64,000 nucleotides of DNA from Thermoanaerobaculia bacterium (GTDB lineage: Bacteria; Acidobacteriota; Thermoanaerobaculia; UBA5066), in assembly GCA_963719225.1 (NCBI GenBank), contig CAVRAY010000001.1, forward strand, positions 3,584,001 through 3,648,000, given 5' to 3'. The notes under the pieces are model-generated. The model was given only the letters and a program-made list of their open reading frames with translations. It was not told where the DNA came from and searched no databases. Made by a program: the position numbers and the translations under genes. This document shows positions 18,935 through 28,476 of the stretch, one piece after another (the first letter of the stretch is position 1; every line of letters begins with the position of its first letter).

Positions 18935-20868
18935 GCGGCGATTCTGCCCGCCAGGGCGGAGGCGGCGACGACGTACGGACTCCCGAGGTACACGTGTCCG
19001 GGTCCGCTTCGCCCGGGGAAATTGCGGTTGATGGCGCTCACCGTGACTTCCCCGTCCCGCGTCGAGACGCCCGGCCCCGCGTTGATGCAGGCGCCGCAGC
19101 CGGGCTCGACGAGGCGGGCGCCCGCGCGCGTGAAGAGCTCGAGGTAGCCCTTCTCGCGGCACCACTCCTTCACGTGGCGGCTCCCGAACTGGATGTAGAA
19201 GGCGACGCCCGGCGCGACACGCCGTCCCCGGGCGACGCCCTCGGCGAGGACAGCCGCGAGCATTTCCATGTCTTCGCGCTTGCCGGCCGTACAGGAACCG
19301 GCATAGGCGATGTCGATGGAAATCGGGAGTGGGAGGTCGGAGATCGCGACGCCGTTTCCCGGATCGCCGGGCAGCGCCACGATGGGAGCGAGCGCGCCGA
19401 CGTCCAGGACGAGCTCCGAATCGAACACCGCGTCCTCGTCGGACGCGAGACCTTCGCAGGCGCGCCGTGCCTCGTCGAGCGACGTTTCCCGCCGCTCGAC
19501 GAGGAAACGCGCCGTCGTCTCGTCGGGGGCAACGATGCCCGAGAACGCTCCCGCTTCGGCCGCCATGTTCGTGAGCGTGGCCCGCTCGTCGACGGAAAAG
19601 GCCGTGACCGCTTCGCCCGAGTACTCGAGCACTTTTCCGATCGCGCCGCCGCCTTTCACGTAGGGGTGCGCGAGAAGCGCGAGCATGACGTCCTTGGCGG
19701 CGATGCCGTGCGGCCGCGCGCCCTCGAGGACGACGCGGATCGTGGCCGGGACCTTCACGCGCACGTCCCCCGAGAGCCACGCACACGCGACTTCCGTCGT
19801 GCCGATCCCGAAAGCCAGGCAGCCGAGCGCGCCCGCGTGTGTCGTGTGCGAGTCGGACCCGACCACGACCTGCCCGGGAAGGGCGTGGCGCTCGAGGACG
19901 AGGGAATGGCAGATGCCCTCGCCAGCCCCGTAGAGCCGGACGCCCTGCGCGGCCGCGAACTTCTCCTGCCGCGTCGCGAGCGAATCCGCGAGTGCGAGGA
20001 GGCCGCGCGCTTTCCGTTCCTCGGGCATGACCTCGCCCAGGAGGGAAAGGTGATCGCGAAAGAGAAGGACGGAGCCGGGATCCTCGACGCGCGCGCCCGT
20101 CCCCAGCTCTCCCTCGAAGCACGCAGCCGCCATGGGCGTGACGTACTCGTGCGAGAAGCGCAGGTCGGCCCGCACGAAGCACGCGTCGCCCGGCTCGACG
20201 GCGGGGACTCCCGTACCCGCCGCAGCCGGGTCCCTGACGACGTGACGCGCGAGGATCTTCTCGACGAGCGTCATCGCGCGGGGCGGAGTCGTGACGGGCG
20301 CGGGCGACTCGCGGCCCGACAGACGCGCGCGCGTGTAGGGAAGGAGTCCGCCCGCTTCGATCACGTCCCGTGTGATCGGGTCCTCCCCTTCCGTGAAGAA
20401 GGAGAGCGGAATTTCCCGGCCTTCCCGGACGCGCTCGAGAATCGAGAAATCCGTCGTCAGGAGCATTCCGAGGTTGATCGCGTTCTGCCGATAGATGCGC
20501 TCGAAGCTCTCGGCCACGAGGAGGCGGATGCCGGCGGCTCGCTCCGCGTAGGGCGCCTGCTCGCGGGACGAGCCCTTGCCGCGCCTGCGCCCGGCCACGG
20601 AGACCGCGAACCCCCCACGCCGCACGGCGTCTTCTCCGACCGGCCGCACGCCGTCACGGCAGGTCAGGCCGAGGTAGGCGAACCTGCCGAGCGCGGCGTC
20701 GTGGTGAAAGCACGTCCAGCCCGGCGTGATCTCGTCGGTCGAGACGTCGTCGCGCAGCTTCTGCGCCGGGTCGTTCGCGTCCCACGCGAGGTCCTCCCCT
20801 GCGAACTGGCGCGCGAGGAGACCGGCGTCCTCGGTCAGAAAGAGGATTCGGCCCGAAATGAGCACCAC
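18916..20868 (-). CDS. Aconitase-family hydro-lyase with fused small (swivel) and large subunit domains (LeuD+LeuC-like)
   Basis: N-terminal 'STDEITP', 'GSSREQA', 'FERIY'; C-terminal 'DH', 'GSDSHT', 'GSCT', 'PGCGAC', 'NRNFPGR'. Confidence 0.85.
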   Translation of the reverse strand: MVLISGRILFLTEDAGLLARQFAGEDLAWDANDPAQKLRDDVSTDEITPGWTCFHHDAALGRFAYLGLTCRDGVRPVGEDAVRRGGFAVSVAGRRRGKGSSREQAPYAERAAGIRLLVAESFERIYRQNAINLGMLLTTDFSILERVREGREIPLSFFTEGEDPITRDVIEAGGLLPYTRARLSGRESPAPVTTPPRAMTLVEKILARHVVRDPAAAGTGVPAVEPGDACFVRADLRFSHEYVTPMAAACFEGELGTGARVEDPGSVLLFRDHLSLLGEVMPEERKARGLLALADSLATRQEKFAAAQGVRLYGAGEGICHSLVLERHALPGQVVVGSDSHTTHAGALGCLAFGIGTTEVACAWLSGDVRVKVPATIRVVLEGARPHGIAAKDVMLALLAHPYVKGGGAIGKVLEYSGEAVTAFSVDERATLTNMAAEAGAFSGIVAPDETTARFLVERRETSLDEARRACEGLASDEDAVFDSELVLDVGALAPIVALPGDPGNGVAISDLPLPISIDIAYAGSCTAGKREDMEMLAAVLAEGVARGRRVAPGVAFYIQFGSRHVKEWCREKGYLELFTRAGARLVEPGCGACINAGPGVSTRDGEVTVSAINRNFPGRSGPGHVYLGSPYVVAASALAGRIAAWHPGA

Positions 20869-20933
20869 GCCGGGATTCTACGGTGCCCCCCCGACGTGAA
20901 CCTGCATCTCCGGGCGAATGCGCGGCCGAGCGG

Positions 20934-21374
20934 TCACCGCCGCGGCGCCGTCGGCGAAGGGCTCGGCGTCTGGCAGGGCGCGGAAGCAGGAGTCAGCACC
21001 TCGACGGGGATGCGGTCGTAACCCGCGACCTCGACGGGATAACGCAGCCGCAGCTCGCCCTTGCCGACGGGCGCCTCGGCGTCGATCTTCAGCGCGAGCG
21101 TCAGCTGCGGCACGGGAAAGGAACGGCGGCTGGCGAGGTGAACGCTGACGCCGGGCAGGGAAACCGGCTCGACGCGGTCCGCGTTGTCGACGCCGAAACC
21201 GGTCACGACGAGGTCGAGCGACGTGCCCTGCACGAGCGGCAGGGTCCGGCCGGGCCCGAAGCGGCGCCCCCCGCAAAGCGACGCCGCCCCGAAGGATTCC
21301 ACGGCGCCCGTCACATCCGACATGGACAGGAGAAGCAGGACGAGGCAGGTGCCCGCCGCGAGAAGGCGCTTCAC
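20934..21374 (-). CDS. Secreted hypothetical protein, single beta-sandwich-like domain
   Basis: GTGA overlap start; signal peptide; similar to the N-terminal domain of 28477..29469. Confidence 0.65.
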   Translation of the reverse strand: MKRLLAAGTCLVLLLLSMSDVTGAVESFGAASLCGGRRFGPGRTLPLVQGTSLDLVVTGFGVDNADRVEPVSLPGVSVHLASRRSFPVPQLTLALKIDAEAPVGKGELRLRYPVEVAGYDRIPVEVLTPASAPCQTPSPSPTAPRR

Positions 21375-22639
21375 GGAGTTCCCTTCGGCGGCGCGGTGAA
21401 GCGCAGCTCGGCGGCTCCGCTCGCGGCCAGCGTCTGGCCGTCCGTTCCGACGGCTTCCACCGTCCAGGTCAGAACCGAGTCCTTGGCGCGGTCCTGGAGA
21501 AAAGGCGGCGCCGCGTACGAGTCGGTCCCGGGAGCGAGAAGCGCCTCGAGGAGAACGGCTCCATCCGGACCCCGCACGACGAGCCGGTAGCCCGCGGCCG
21601 ATCCGACGCGCGTGAAGCGGAAGACCACTCCTTCGCCGGCCGGAAGCAGCGACCGATGGGCGGGCGCGAGGAGGATCAGGCCGCCCGTGGCTCCCGGGAG
21701 GAGCGCGGCGGGCGCGACTCCCACGAAGTAGCGGAGCGTCGGAAGAGGGAAACCCGCGACGGAGGCGGAGTGGATCACCCCGGCGCCCGCGCCGATCGCC
21801 GCAAGGCTCGAGTCCCCTTCCTTGTCGTCGGACGCCTCGATGCGCAGCAGGATCTGGTGCAGCCCTTCGGCGGCCGTGGGAATCCTCTTCGGGTCCGGGC
21901 CCGGCAGCGTCACGCGGCCCGTCGGCGGCAGGAACACGTCGAACCGGTCGAGCTCGGTGTAGCGGCGCTGGAGCGGACGCTCGGCCGGAGGGAGCGTCGC
22001 CTCGGTCAGGAGATCGCGGTCCGTCGGCGGCTCGTCCTGCGGGAACACGACTTCCCATCGGCCCTTGAGGCGTCCCGTCCCCGTGTAACGGATGTCGGCC
22101 TTCAGCTTCGGGGCGATCTCCCCGCGCTGTACGGAGAGAACCGGGCGGTCGATGTCGAAGGACAGCGTGACGTCGGTGAGCGAGAGCGGCGTCCCCGCGC
22201 CGCCGAACGACGGCCGGCACGTGACGAAGACGTACTCGTCCGGGCCGCCCGCCATGGAAGCGAACCGGCGGACGTAGAAGAACGGCGAGAGCGCCCCGCG
22301 CTCGGCGGCCTGATAGGCGCGCCGCGCCACGTTCGCGGGGATCGTCATGATGTCGGTGTACACCCCGCCCGCGAGGCGGGACTGGTCGTAACGCAGCGGA
22401 AGCCGTCCGTAGACCGTGTTCGGGTCGCACCGAAAACCGATGTCGGGCGTCGCCGGGATGATCTCTCCGCACCACGTGGCCTCGACCGGGGTCTGGTTCA
22501 CGAGGCCCGCGAACGTGATGAAGACGGTTGTGGAGCTCTGGCTGCTGACGTTCACGCCCGTGGGATTGCGCTGGATCGCGCCCTGCGCGGAAGTCCCCGC
22601 CAACAGGATCGGAAGGAGGAGGTGGAGGCGGTATCGCAT
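21371..22639 (-). CDS. Secreted/periplasmic hypothetical protein (multi beta-sandwich)
   Basis: Signal peptide ending AQG; beta-rich; operonic with the beta-barrel gene. Confidence 0.7.
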   Translation of the reverse strand: MRYRLHLLLPILLAGTSAQGAIQRNPTGVNVSSQSSTTVFITFAGLVNQTPVEATWCGEIIPATPDIGFRCDPNTVYGRLPLRYDQSRLAGGVYTDIMTIPANVARRAYQAAERGALSPFFYVRRFASMAGGPDEYVFVTCRPSFGGAGTPLSLTDVTLSFDIDRPVLSVQRGEIAPKLKADIRYTGTGRLKGRWEVVFPQDEPPTDRDLLTEATLPPAERPLQRRYTELDRFDVFLPPTGRVTLPGPDPKRIPTAAEGLHQILLRIEASDDKEGDSSLAAIGAGAGVIHSASVAGFPLPTLRYFVGVAPAALLPGATGGLILLAPAHRSLLPAGEGVVFRFTRVGSAAGYRLVVRGPDGAVLLEALLAPGTDSYAAPPFLQDRAKDSVLTWTVEAVGTDGQTLAASGAAELRFTAPPKGTP

Positions 22640-22648
22640 CGTTTCGTC

Positions 22649-24736
22649 CTAGAAGGCGCTCAGGCTGATCCCCGAGGAGACCACCCACGTCTTACGAAAA
22701 GTGACGACGCCGAGCACGACGTCGCGCGTCCGCGTCTCCTGGAAGGCGTAGCGCAGCAGGATCTGTCCCGTGATCCCGCGCTTGCCGCGCCGGGGCGGCT
22801 CGAACCGCCAGGCCGTCTGCGCATCCACGGTCCAGGTACGGGAAGACGCCGTGTCCGCGTCGTTTCCGCCGTCCGTCCGCGAGGCATTCGTCGCGAACGA
22901 CAGCGGCGGGAGGGGCCGGAGTCCGAACGTCACCTGATAGCGCTTCGTGCGGTCGACGTTGCCCGTCTCCTTCGCGGCTGCGCGTTCCCACCCGTACTGG
23001 AGAGCGAGGTCGACGGCCGGGGAAGGCGTCAGGTTGAACGAGGCGACGTTCGCCGTGTTGAGGAAGTCCGCCGTCTCGCGTCCGACCTGCCGGTTGTCCT
23101 GATCGGAGTAATTGAAATGCCAGCCGAATCGGGCGGGGCCGGCGGTCCAATCCACTCCGGCCGTCTGGCCGAGGCTCACCTGATCGGGCAGTTGAGTCGG
23201 CGAGAAGCCTCCTCCTTGCGGATCGTTCCCCGCGAACTGGTGGGTCTCGTTCACGCTCCAGCTCAGCTGGGGCAGCCACCAGGCAGGCGCCGGGCTTCCT
23301 CCCAGCGCTCCGAGCGGAACGGCGAACTGCCCCGCGGCTCGCCGCGTCCTGGTCTTGAGGATCGAGGTGAGATCCGCCAGGTTGTCCTCGAGCCACGCGT
23401 ACGAAAGCTGAAGGGCTGCCGGTCCGAAGGCGGCGTTCGCCTCGAGGACGTCCTGCTGCTGGTCGGACTGTAGGGTGGCGGCCACGCTCCGGTACTGGGG
23501 ATCGATCCGCTCCCGTCGGTACCCGAGCGTGAACGTCACCGGGGTCGACGGACCGAGCGTGACTCCCTTCAGGACGTCGACGTTCGCCGTGGCGAAGTAG
23601 GCCGAGCGCCACGTCGGCGCGAGGGGAACGACCTTCGCTCCCTGCTCGAGCAGCGGATCCGGCGGCGCCTCGAAGCGATTCCGGGAATATCCGCCCTCGA
23701 CGCGGAATCGGCCCGAAAAAAGGCTCGACGCGAGCGAGACACCGCCGCCGCGGCTCGTCTCGGCATCCGACACGGAGCCGCGGTTCACGCTCGTGCGCGG
23801 CAGGAGGGACCCGTCGACGAGCGTCGTGTCGACGTGCAGCGTGCCCGGAGCCGACGGAACGAGCTCGAGCCCGAGCGTCCCGGAGTAGACGCGATGCTCC
23901 GCCGTCTCGAGGCCCAGGAAATTGTCCCATCCGACGATCGACGTTCCGTTCAGGGCCGCCAGGGACAGCGTCACCGGGCCCAGGGAAAAGGCGGCCCTCC
24001 CTCCCCGGCTGTTGAAACCGTTGATGAGGTGCCGGGAAGCGCCGACGCTGAGGCTGCCCCACTCGAGAGCGGCCCCCGGGACGGCGAGCTTCGTGGCCCA
24101 GCTCGCGAGGTCGACGCGGTCCGCATCCCGTCCGCGCTCTCCGAAGCGCAGCGCATCCTCGGCACGCTGGGCGCCCAGCACGCCCATCTGGAAGGCGAAC
24201 GTCGCCTGCGATCGGGCGAGCTCGACGCCGAGGCTCGCCTGGCCGGTCAGGTCCTGAAATGTCCGCCGGGGCGGGGCGGCGTCCTCGAGCGCGTGACCTT
24301 CCGAGAGCTGCCCTTTCAGCGTCAGGTCGATCTTCGGGGCGATCTCCGCCTTCTCGAAACCTCCCACGGTGAGCACCCGCAGCTTCAGCCGCGCGACTTC
24401 CTTCCATCCGGAGCTCGACACGAGCGTCACGACGATCTCCTGCTCGCCCGACGGAAGGGGGGCGAGCTTCGGCAGGTATCGCCGGCCCCGCGGCGAAACT
24501 TCCAGGAAATCGGAGACGTCCGTTCCGCCGATCAGAACCGCGATCCGCCCTTCCGCGTCCGCCGGCTCACGCGAGAGCACGAGCTCCACCGGATCGCGCC
24601 TCCGGATCCAGTCCTGGCCCCGGCCCCCGAGTGTTACAACGAGGTCGTCGGCCGACGACGACGAACCGAGAAGGCACAGAACGACGAGGCCCATCGCGTA
24701 CCCGGATCGGGAGCCTGACCCGCAATCCCGCCTCAT
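22649..24736 (-). CDS. Uncharacterised outer-membrane beta-barrel protein
   Basis: Signal peptide; alternating amphipathic beta-strand pattern over the C-terminal two-thirds; terminal beta-signal-like 'GISLSAF'. Confidence 0.7.
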   Translation of the reverse strand: MRRDCGSGSRSGYAMGLVVLCLLGSSSSADDLVVTLGGRGQDWIRRRDPVELVLSREPADAEGRIAVLIGGTDVSDFLEVSPRGRRYLPKLAPLPSGEQEIVVTLVSSSGWKEVARLKLRVLTVGGFEKAEIAPKIDLTLKGQLSEGHALEDAAPPRRTFQDLTGQASLGVELARSQATFAFQMGVLGAQRAEDALRFGERGRDADRVDLASWATKLAVPGAALEWGSLSVGASRHLINGFNSRGGRAAFSLGPVTLSLAALNGTSIVGWDNFLGLETAEHRVYSGTLGLELVPSAPGTLHVDTTLVDGSLLPRTSVNRGSVSDAETSRGGGVSLASSLFSGRFRVEGGYSRNRFEAPPDPLLEQGAKVVPLAPTWRSAYFATANVDVLKGVTLGPSTPVTFTLGYRRERIDPQYRSVAATLQSDQQQDVLEANAAFGPAALQLSYAWLEDNLADLTSILKTRTRRAAGQFAVPLGALGGSPAPAWWLPQLSWSVNETHQFAGNDPQGGGFSPTQLPDQVSLGQTAGVDWTAGPARFGWHFNYSDQDNRQVGRETADFLNTANVASFNLTPSPAVDLALQYGWERAAAKETGNVDRTKRYQVTFGLRPLPPLSFATNASRTDGGNDADTASSRTWTVDAQTAWRFEPPRRGKRGITGQILLRYAFQETRTRDVVLGVVTFRKTWVVSSGISLSAF

Positions 24737-24746
24737 CTGACTTCAG

Positions 24747-24773
24747 AGCGCAATTCGGTGCGAAACCGGCTCA
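24747..24773 (-). promoter_or_regulatory. Putative ECF-dependent promoter A (TGAGCC-N15-TGCGCT)
   Basis: Same bipartite motif and spacing as at 27864-27890; lies 10 nt upstream of the beta-barrel ATG. Confidence 0.6.
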
Positions 24774-24798
24774 CCCCCGCGGCTAGAATCTGCGCAAC

Positions 24799-25368
24799 GT
24801 GCCGGAGACAGGAGCCGTGACGCGTCTGCTCTTGCAATGGCGGGCAGGCGAGGAAGCCGCGTTTGGCGAGCTCATGGAGCTCGTCTATCGGGATCTCCGC
24901 CGGCGCGCCGACGCCTACCTCAGGCGCGAGCGCGCGAACCACACGCTCGCGCCGACGGGCCTCGTGCACGAGACGTATCTCAAGCTCGTGGGAGACGCCG
25001 GCATCCCCTGGAGCGATCGCGCGCATTTCTTCGCGGTGGCCGCTCGCGCCATGAGACAGATCCTGGTCGACCACGCCCGAAAGCGGTCCGCGGCGAAGCG
25101 GGGCGGCGAGGCGGAGCGCGTCACGCTGACCAACCTCGCCGCGAGCGGCGGTGAAATGAACGTGGATCTCGTCGCTCTCGACGCCGCCCTCGAGCGCCTC
25201 GCCGCGCTCGACCCGGTCCAGGCCCGGCTCGTGGAGCTGCGGTACTTCGGCGGGCTCACGATCGAGGAAACCGCCGACGTGCTGGGTTCATCGCCGGCGA
25301 CGGTCAAGCGCGCCTGGGCGTCGGCCCGCGCCTTTCTTTTCGCGGAGCTCCGAGGGGAGCTGACATGA
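24799..25368 (+). CDS. ECF sigma factor, Ser/Thr-kinase-associated (ECF43/EcfK-like)
   Basis: 'VTRLL..W..G', 'HTLAPTGLVHETYLKL', 'RAHFFAVAARAMRQILVDHAR', 'ELRYFGGLT..ETA'; overlaps the kinase start. Confidence 0.92.
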   Translation: MPETGAVTRLLLQWRAGEEAAFGELMELVYRDLRRRADAYLRRERANHTLAPTGLVHETYLKLVGDAGIPWSDRAHFFAVAARAMRQILVDHARKRSAAKRGGEAERVTLTNLAASGGEMNVDLVALDAALERLAALDPVQARLVELRYFGGLTIEETADVLGSSPATVKRAWASARAFLFAELRGELT

Positions 25369-27866
25369 GCCTCGATCCGGATCGCTGGAGTGAGGTGCGA
25401 AGGCTTCTCGAGGAAGCGCTCGAGCGGGAGGGGGCGGACCGGGACGCCTTCCTGAACGATCTCGGATCCCGCGACGCCACGTTGCGCGAAGAGGTCGGCC
25501 GCCTCGTGGCTTCGGCCGAAGGGGCGGATGGTTTCCTCGAGGGTCCCGTGCTCCAGCCCCCCGACGACGAAGACACGCTTCCCGCGGGAACCGTCCTCGG
25601 TGCCTGGCGCGTCGAACGTGAGATCGCGCAGGGCGGCATGGGTCGCGTGTTTCTCGCCGTCCGCGCAGACGGCGCGTTCCAGCAGGAAGCGGCCCTCAAG
25701 GTGATCTTCTCCGGGCTCGGAGGCGCCGCCATCGGAAAACGCTTCCGGAACGAGCGCCAGATTCTCGCCGGCCTCGAGCACCCGAACATCGCGCGGCTTC
25801 TCGACGGCGGGACGACGCCCGACGGGCGTCCCTTCTTCGTCATGGAGTACGTCGCGGGCGAGCACCTCCTCGAGTACGCCCGCCGTCAGGCCCTGTCGGT
25901 CGACGAAAAGGTGGCGCTCTTCCGGAAGATCTGCGGGGCCGTCGCCTACGCGCACCGGCACCTCGTCGTTCACCGGGATCTCAAGCCCGGGAACATCCTC
26001 GTGACGAGAGAGGGCGAGCCGAAGTTGCTCGACTTCGGGCTCGCGAAGGTGCTCGATCCGGCCGGATCCGAGCTGACGCCGGGCGCCACGGGGGCTCTCG
26101 GGCGCCTCATGACTCCCGAGTACGCGAGCCCCGAACAGGTACGAGGGGACTCGATCACGACGGCGAGCGACGTCTACTCCCTCGGCGTCGTCCTCTACGA
26201 GCTCCTCGCGGGCCGGCTGCCTTTCGTCTTCAAGGGCCGCTCGGCCGAGATGATCGCCCGGACGATCTCGGAAGCGGAGCCGCCCCGTCTCGGAAGCGGC
26301 ATCCCCGAGGATCTCGAGAGTGTCGTCGCCATGGCGCTCCGGAAAGAGCCCGCGCGAAGGTACGCGACCGTCGAGCAATTCTCGGGCGACCTGGGCCGGG
26401 TGCTCGAAGGCCTTCCCGTGACGGCGCGGAAGGACACGTTCCTCTACCGCGCGAAGAGGTTCGCGGGACGCCATCGGATCGCCATCGTCGCGACGGTCGG
26501 ATCCCTGGTCCTCCTCGCCGCTTTCGCCGCGGTCGCCCTCGTGCAGGCGCACGTGGCCCGGCTCGAGCGCGAGCGCGCCGAGCGGCGGTACGCGGACGTC
26601 CGCGCCCTCGTGAAGTCCTTCCTCTTCGAGCAGTACGACGCCATCCAGAACCTGCCCGGGACGACACAGGCGCGCGCGCTCCTCATCCGCCGCGCTCTTG
26701 AGCAGCTCTCGAACCTCGAGAAGGAGGCCGGCTCGTCCTTTCCGCTCCGCGGCGAGATGGCGGAAGCGTACGAGAAGCTGGGGGACGTGCTCGGAAGCGG
26801 CGTGTGGTCGAGCCTGGGCGACACGGCGGGCGCCCGCGACGCTTACGGGAAAGCCCTCGCTCTCCGCGAAAGGATCGTCGCGGCGTCGGGCTCGACGCCC
26901 CGGGACCGGGACGACCTGGCGCGCGCCGAGATGCGTCTCGCGAGCTTCCTGTCCCGCTCGAACGAAACGTCCGAGTCCCTTCGGCATGCCCGCCGCGCCG
27001 TGGAGATCCGCGAAAAGCTCGACCCCCGCGCGAACGTCGGCGAAGGGAGAGCCGGGCTCGCCGCCGCCCACCATCTCCTCGGCTACACGCTATCGCGAAC
27101 CGGCGACTTCCGGTCTGCCCTGGCGGCGCATCGAAAAGCCGAATCGGTCTTTCGAGAGGCGTTCGTCGCGAATCAGAAGGACGAGGCCGCGCGCAGCGGA
27201 ATCGGCAAGGCTCTCTACGATCAGGCGGCGATGCTCTCGCGGCTGGAGGAGCCGCGAGAGGCTCTCGAGAAAGGAAGGGAGGCGCTCGACTGGCGGCGCC
27301 AGCTCCAGAAGAGCGACCCCTCGAATGCCCGCACGCGGTTCGAGCTCGCCGCCAGCCTCCACGACGTCGGCGAGTTCCTGGCCGACGTCGACGAGATGCC
27401 CGAAGCGCTCGACAAGGTCCGGGAAGCCGCACGGATCGTCGAGGAGCTCGCGGACGCGGACCCGAAGAGCACGTACCTGCAGATCGCGCGCGCGAACTAC
27501 CGCTCTTCGGTGGGCGACGCCGAGCGGAAGGCCGGCGATCCTCTTCGCGCGCTCGAGAGCCAGCGCATCGCGGTCGCCGTGATGGAGCAGGTCGTCGACG
27601 CCGACCCGGATTGCGGCTTCTGCTGGATCTCGCTCGCGAAGATCTACGACGCGGCTGGAGATGCGCGACTAGCGGTCAAAAAGCCGGTCGCCAGCGTCTC
27701 CGCGCAAGCCGTTCCGTGCGACTTCTGGAGGAAGAGCGGCGAGATCTGGGAACGCCTCCAGGCGGCGGGGAAGCTCCCCGGCGAAGACGCTCCGGCGCGC
27801 GACGCCCTTCTCGCGAAGGTCGCGTCCTGCGCCCCCGGCCGGACGGCCGCTGCACGCCCGCGCTGA
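25365..27866 (+). CDS. Membrane Ser/Thr protein kinase with C-terminal TPR-like repeats
   Basis: GGMGRV, HRDLKPGN, DFG, YASPEQ, DVYSLG; one TM helix followed by helical repeats. Confidence 0.93.
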   Translation: MSLDPDRWSEVRRLLEEALEREGADRDAFLNDLGSRDATLREEVGRLVASAEGADGFLEGPVLQPPDDEDTLPAGTVLGAWRVEREIAQGGMGRVFLAVRADGAFQQEAALKVIFSGLGGAAIGKRFRNERQILAGLEHPNIARLLDGGTTPDGRPFFVMEYVAGEHLLEYARRQALSVDEKVALFRKICGAVAYAHRHLVVHRDLKPGNILVTREGEPKLLDFGLAKVLDPAGSELTPGATGALGRLMTPEYASPEQVRGDSITTASDVYSLGVVLYELLAGRLPFVFKGRSAEMIARTISEAEPPRLGSGIPEDLESVVAMALRKEPARRYATVEQFSGDLGRVLEGLPVTARKDTFLYRAKRFAGRHRIAIVATVGSLVLLAAFAAVALVQAHVARLERERAERRYADVRALVKSFLFEQYDAIQNLPGTTQARALLIRRALEQLSNLEKEAGSSFPLRGEMAEAYEKLGDVLGSGVWSSLGDTAGARDAYGKALALRERIVAASGSTPRDRDDLARAEMRLASFLSRSNETSESLRHARRAVEIREKLDPRANVGEGRAGLAAAHHLLGYTLSRTGDFRSALAAHRKAESVFREAFVANQKDEAARSGIGKALYDQAAMLSRLEEPREALEKGREALDWRRQLQKSDPSNARTRFELAASLHDVGEFLADVDEMPEALDKVREAARIVEELADADPKSTYLQIARANYRSSVGDAERKAGDPLRALESQRIAVAVMEQVVDADPDCGFCWISLAKIYDAAGDARLAVKKPVASVSAQAVPCDFWRKSGEIWERLQAAGKLPGEDAPARDALLAKVASCAPGRTAAARPR

Positions 27867-27890
27867 GCCTCTTCCGTTCCGGAATGCGCT
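27864..27890 (+). promoter_or_regulatory. Putative ECF-dependent promoter B (TGAGCC-N15-TGCGCT)
   Basis: Overlaps the kinase stop codon, upstream of the two secreted-protein genes; matches promoter A. Confidence 0.6.
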
Positions 27891-27933
27891 TCTCTCCACA
27901 GAAGGCCCCGAAAACGGGGAGAAGGAGAGAACG

Positions 27934-28461
27934 ATGAAGAAGAGCTGTACGACCCTCGCCCTCGCCGCCCTCGTGGGTCTCGCGCTCGCGCGCCCCGCCG
28001 CGGCGCAGCCGAAGCCCCGGACTTTCAACCCGATCGACGTGAAGGCCGCCTTGAAGAAGGCCGTCGACGCCCAGTTGATCGACTTCGGAAAACAGTTCCC
28101 GCATCTGAAGCTCGCGAACCCCTGCACCACGGAGTTCAACAACGCCGTCGCCGCGGCCAAGGCCGAGCAGACGGGGTGCCTCGACAGCAACAACCCGCCC
28201 GCCGGCAGTCCGCTCGCCGCGTTCAACGCGCTCAGTAACGCGCAGCTCGCCCAGAAGTGCGGCAACCAGACGCTCGACGCGTGCGTCGACGCGGTCGTCA
28301 AGGAGCAAGCGAAGTTCTGCGCAAAGGAGCGCGCCAAGGAGGTGGCCAAGGCCAAGAGCGTCCTTTCGAGGTGCTGCGCCCCTCTCGCCAAGCAGAAGGC
28401 GGATCTCGAGAAGCAACTGGCGGACATCACCGCCGATCTGCAGGGCTGCCTCGGACACTGA
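27934..28461 (+). CDS. Secreted Cys-rich alpha-helical hypothetical protein
   Basis: AGGAG RBS, signal peptide ending AAA, 8 Cys in the mature part, helical/coiled-coil composition. Confidence 0.75.
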   Translation: MKKSCTTLALAALVGLALARPAAAQPKPRTFNPIDVKAALKKAVDAQLIDFGKQFPHLKLANPCTTEFNNAVAAAKAEQTGCLDSNNPPAGSPLAAFNALSNAQLAQKCGNQTLDACVDAVVKEQAKFCAKERAKEVAKAKSVLSRCCAPLAKQKADLEKQLADITADLQGCLGH

Positions 28462-28476
28462 GAACAGGAGGTTCCC

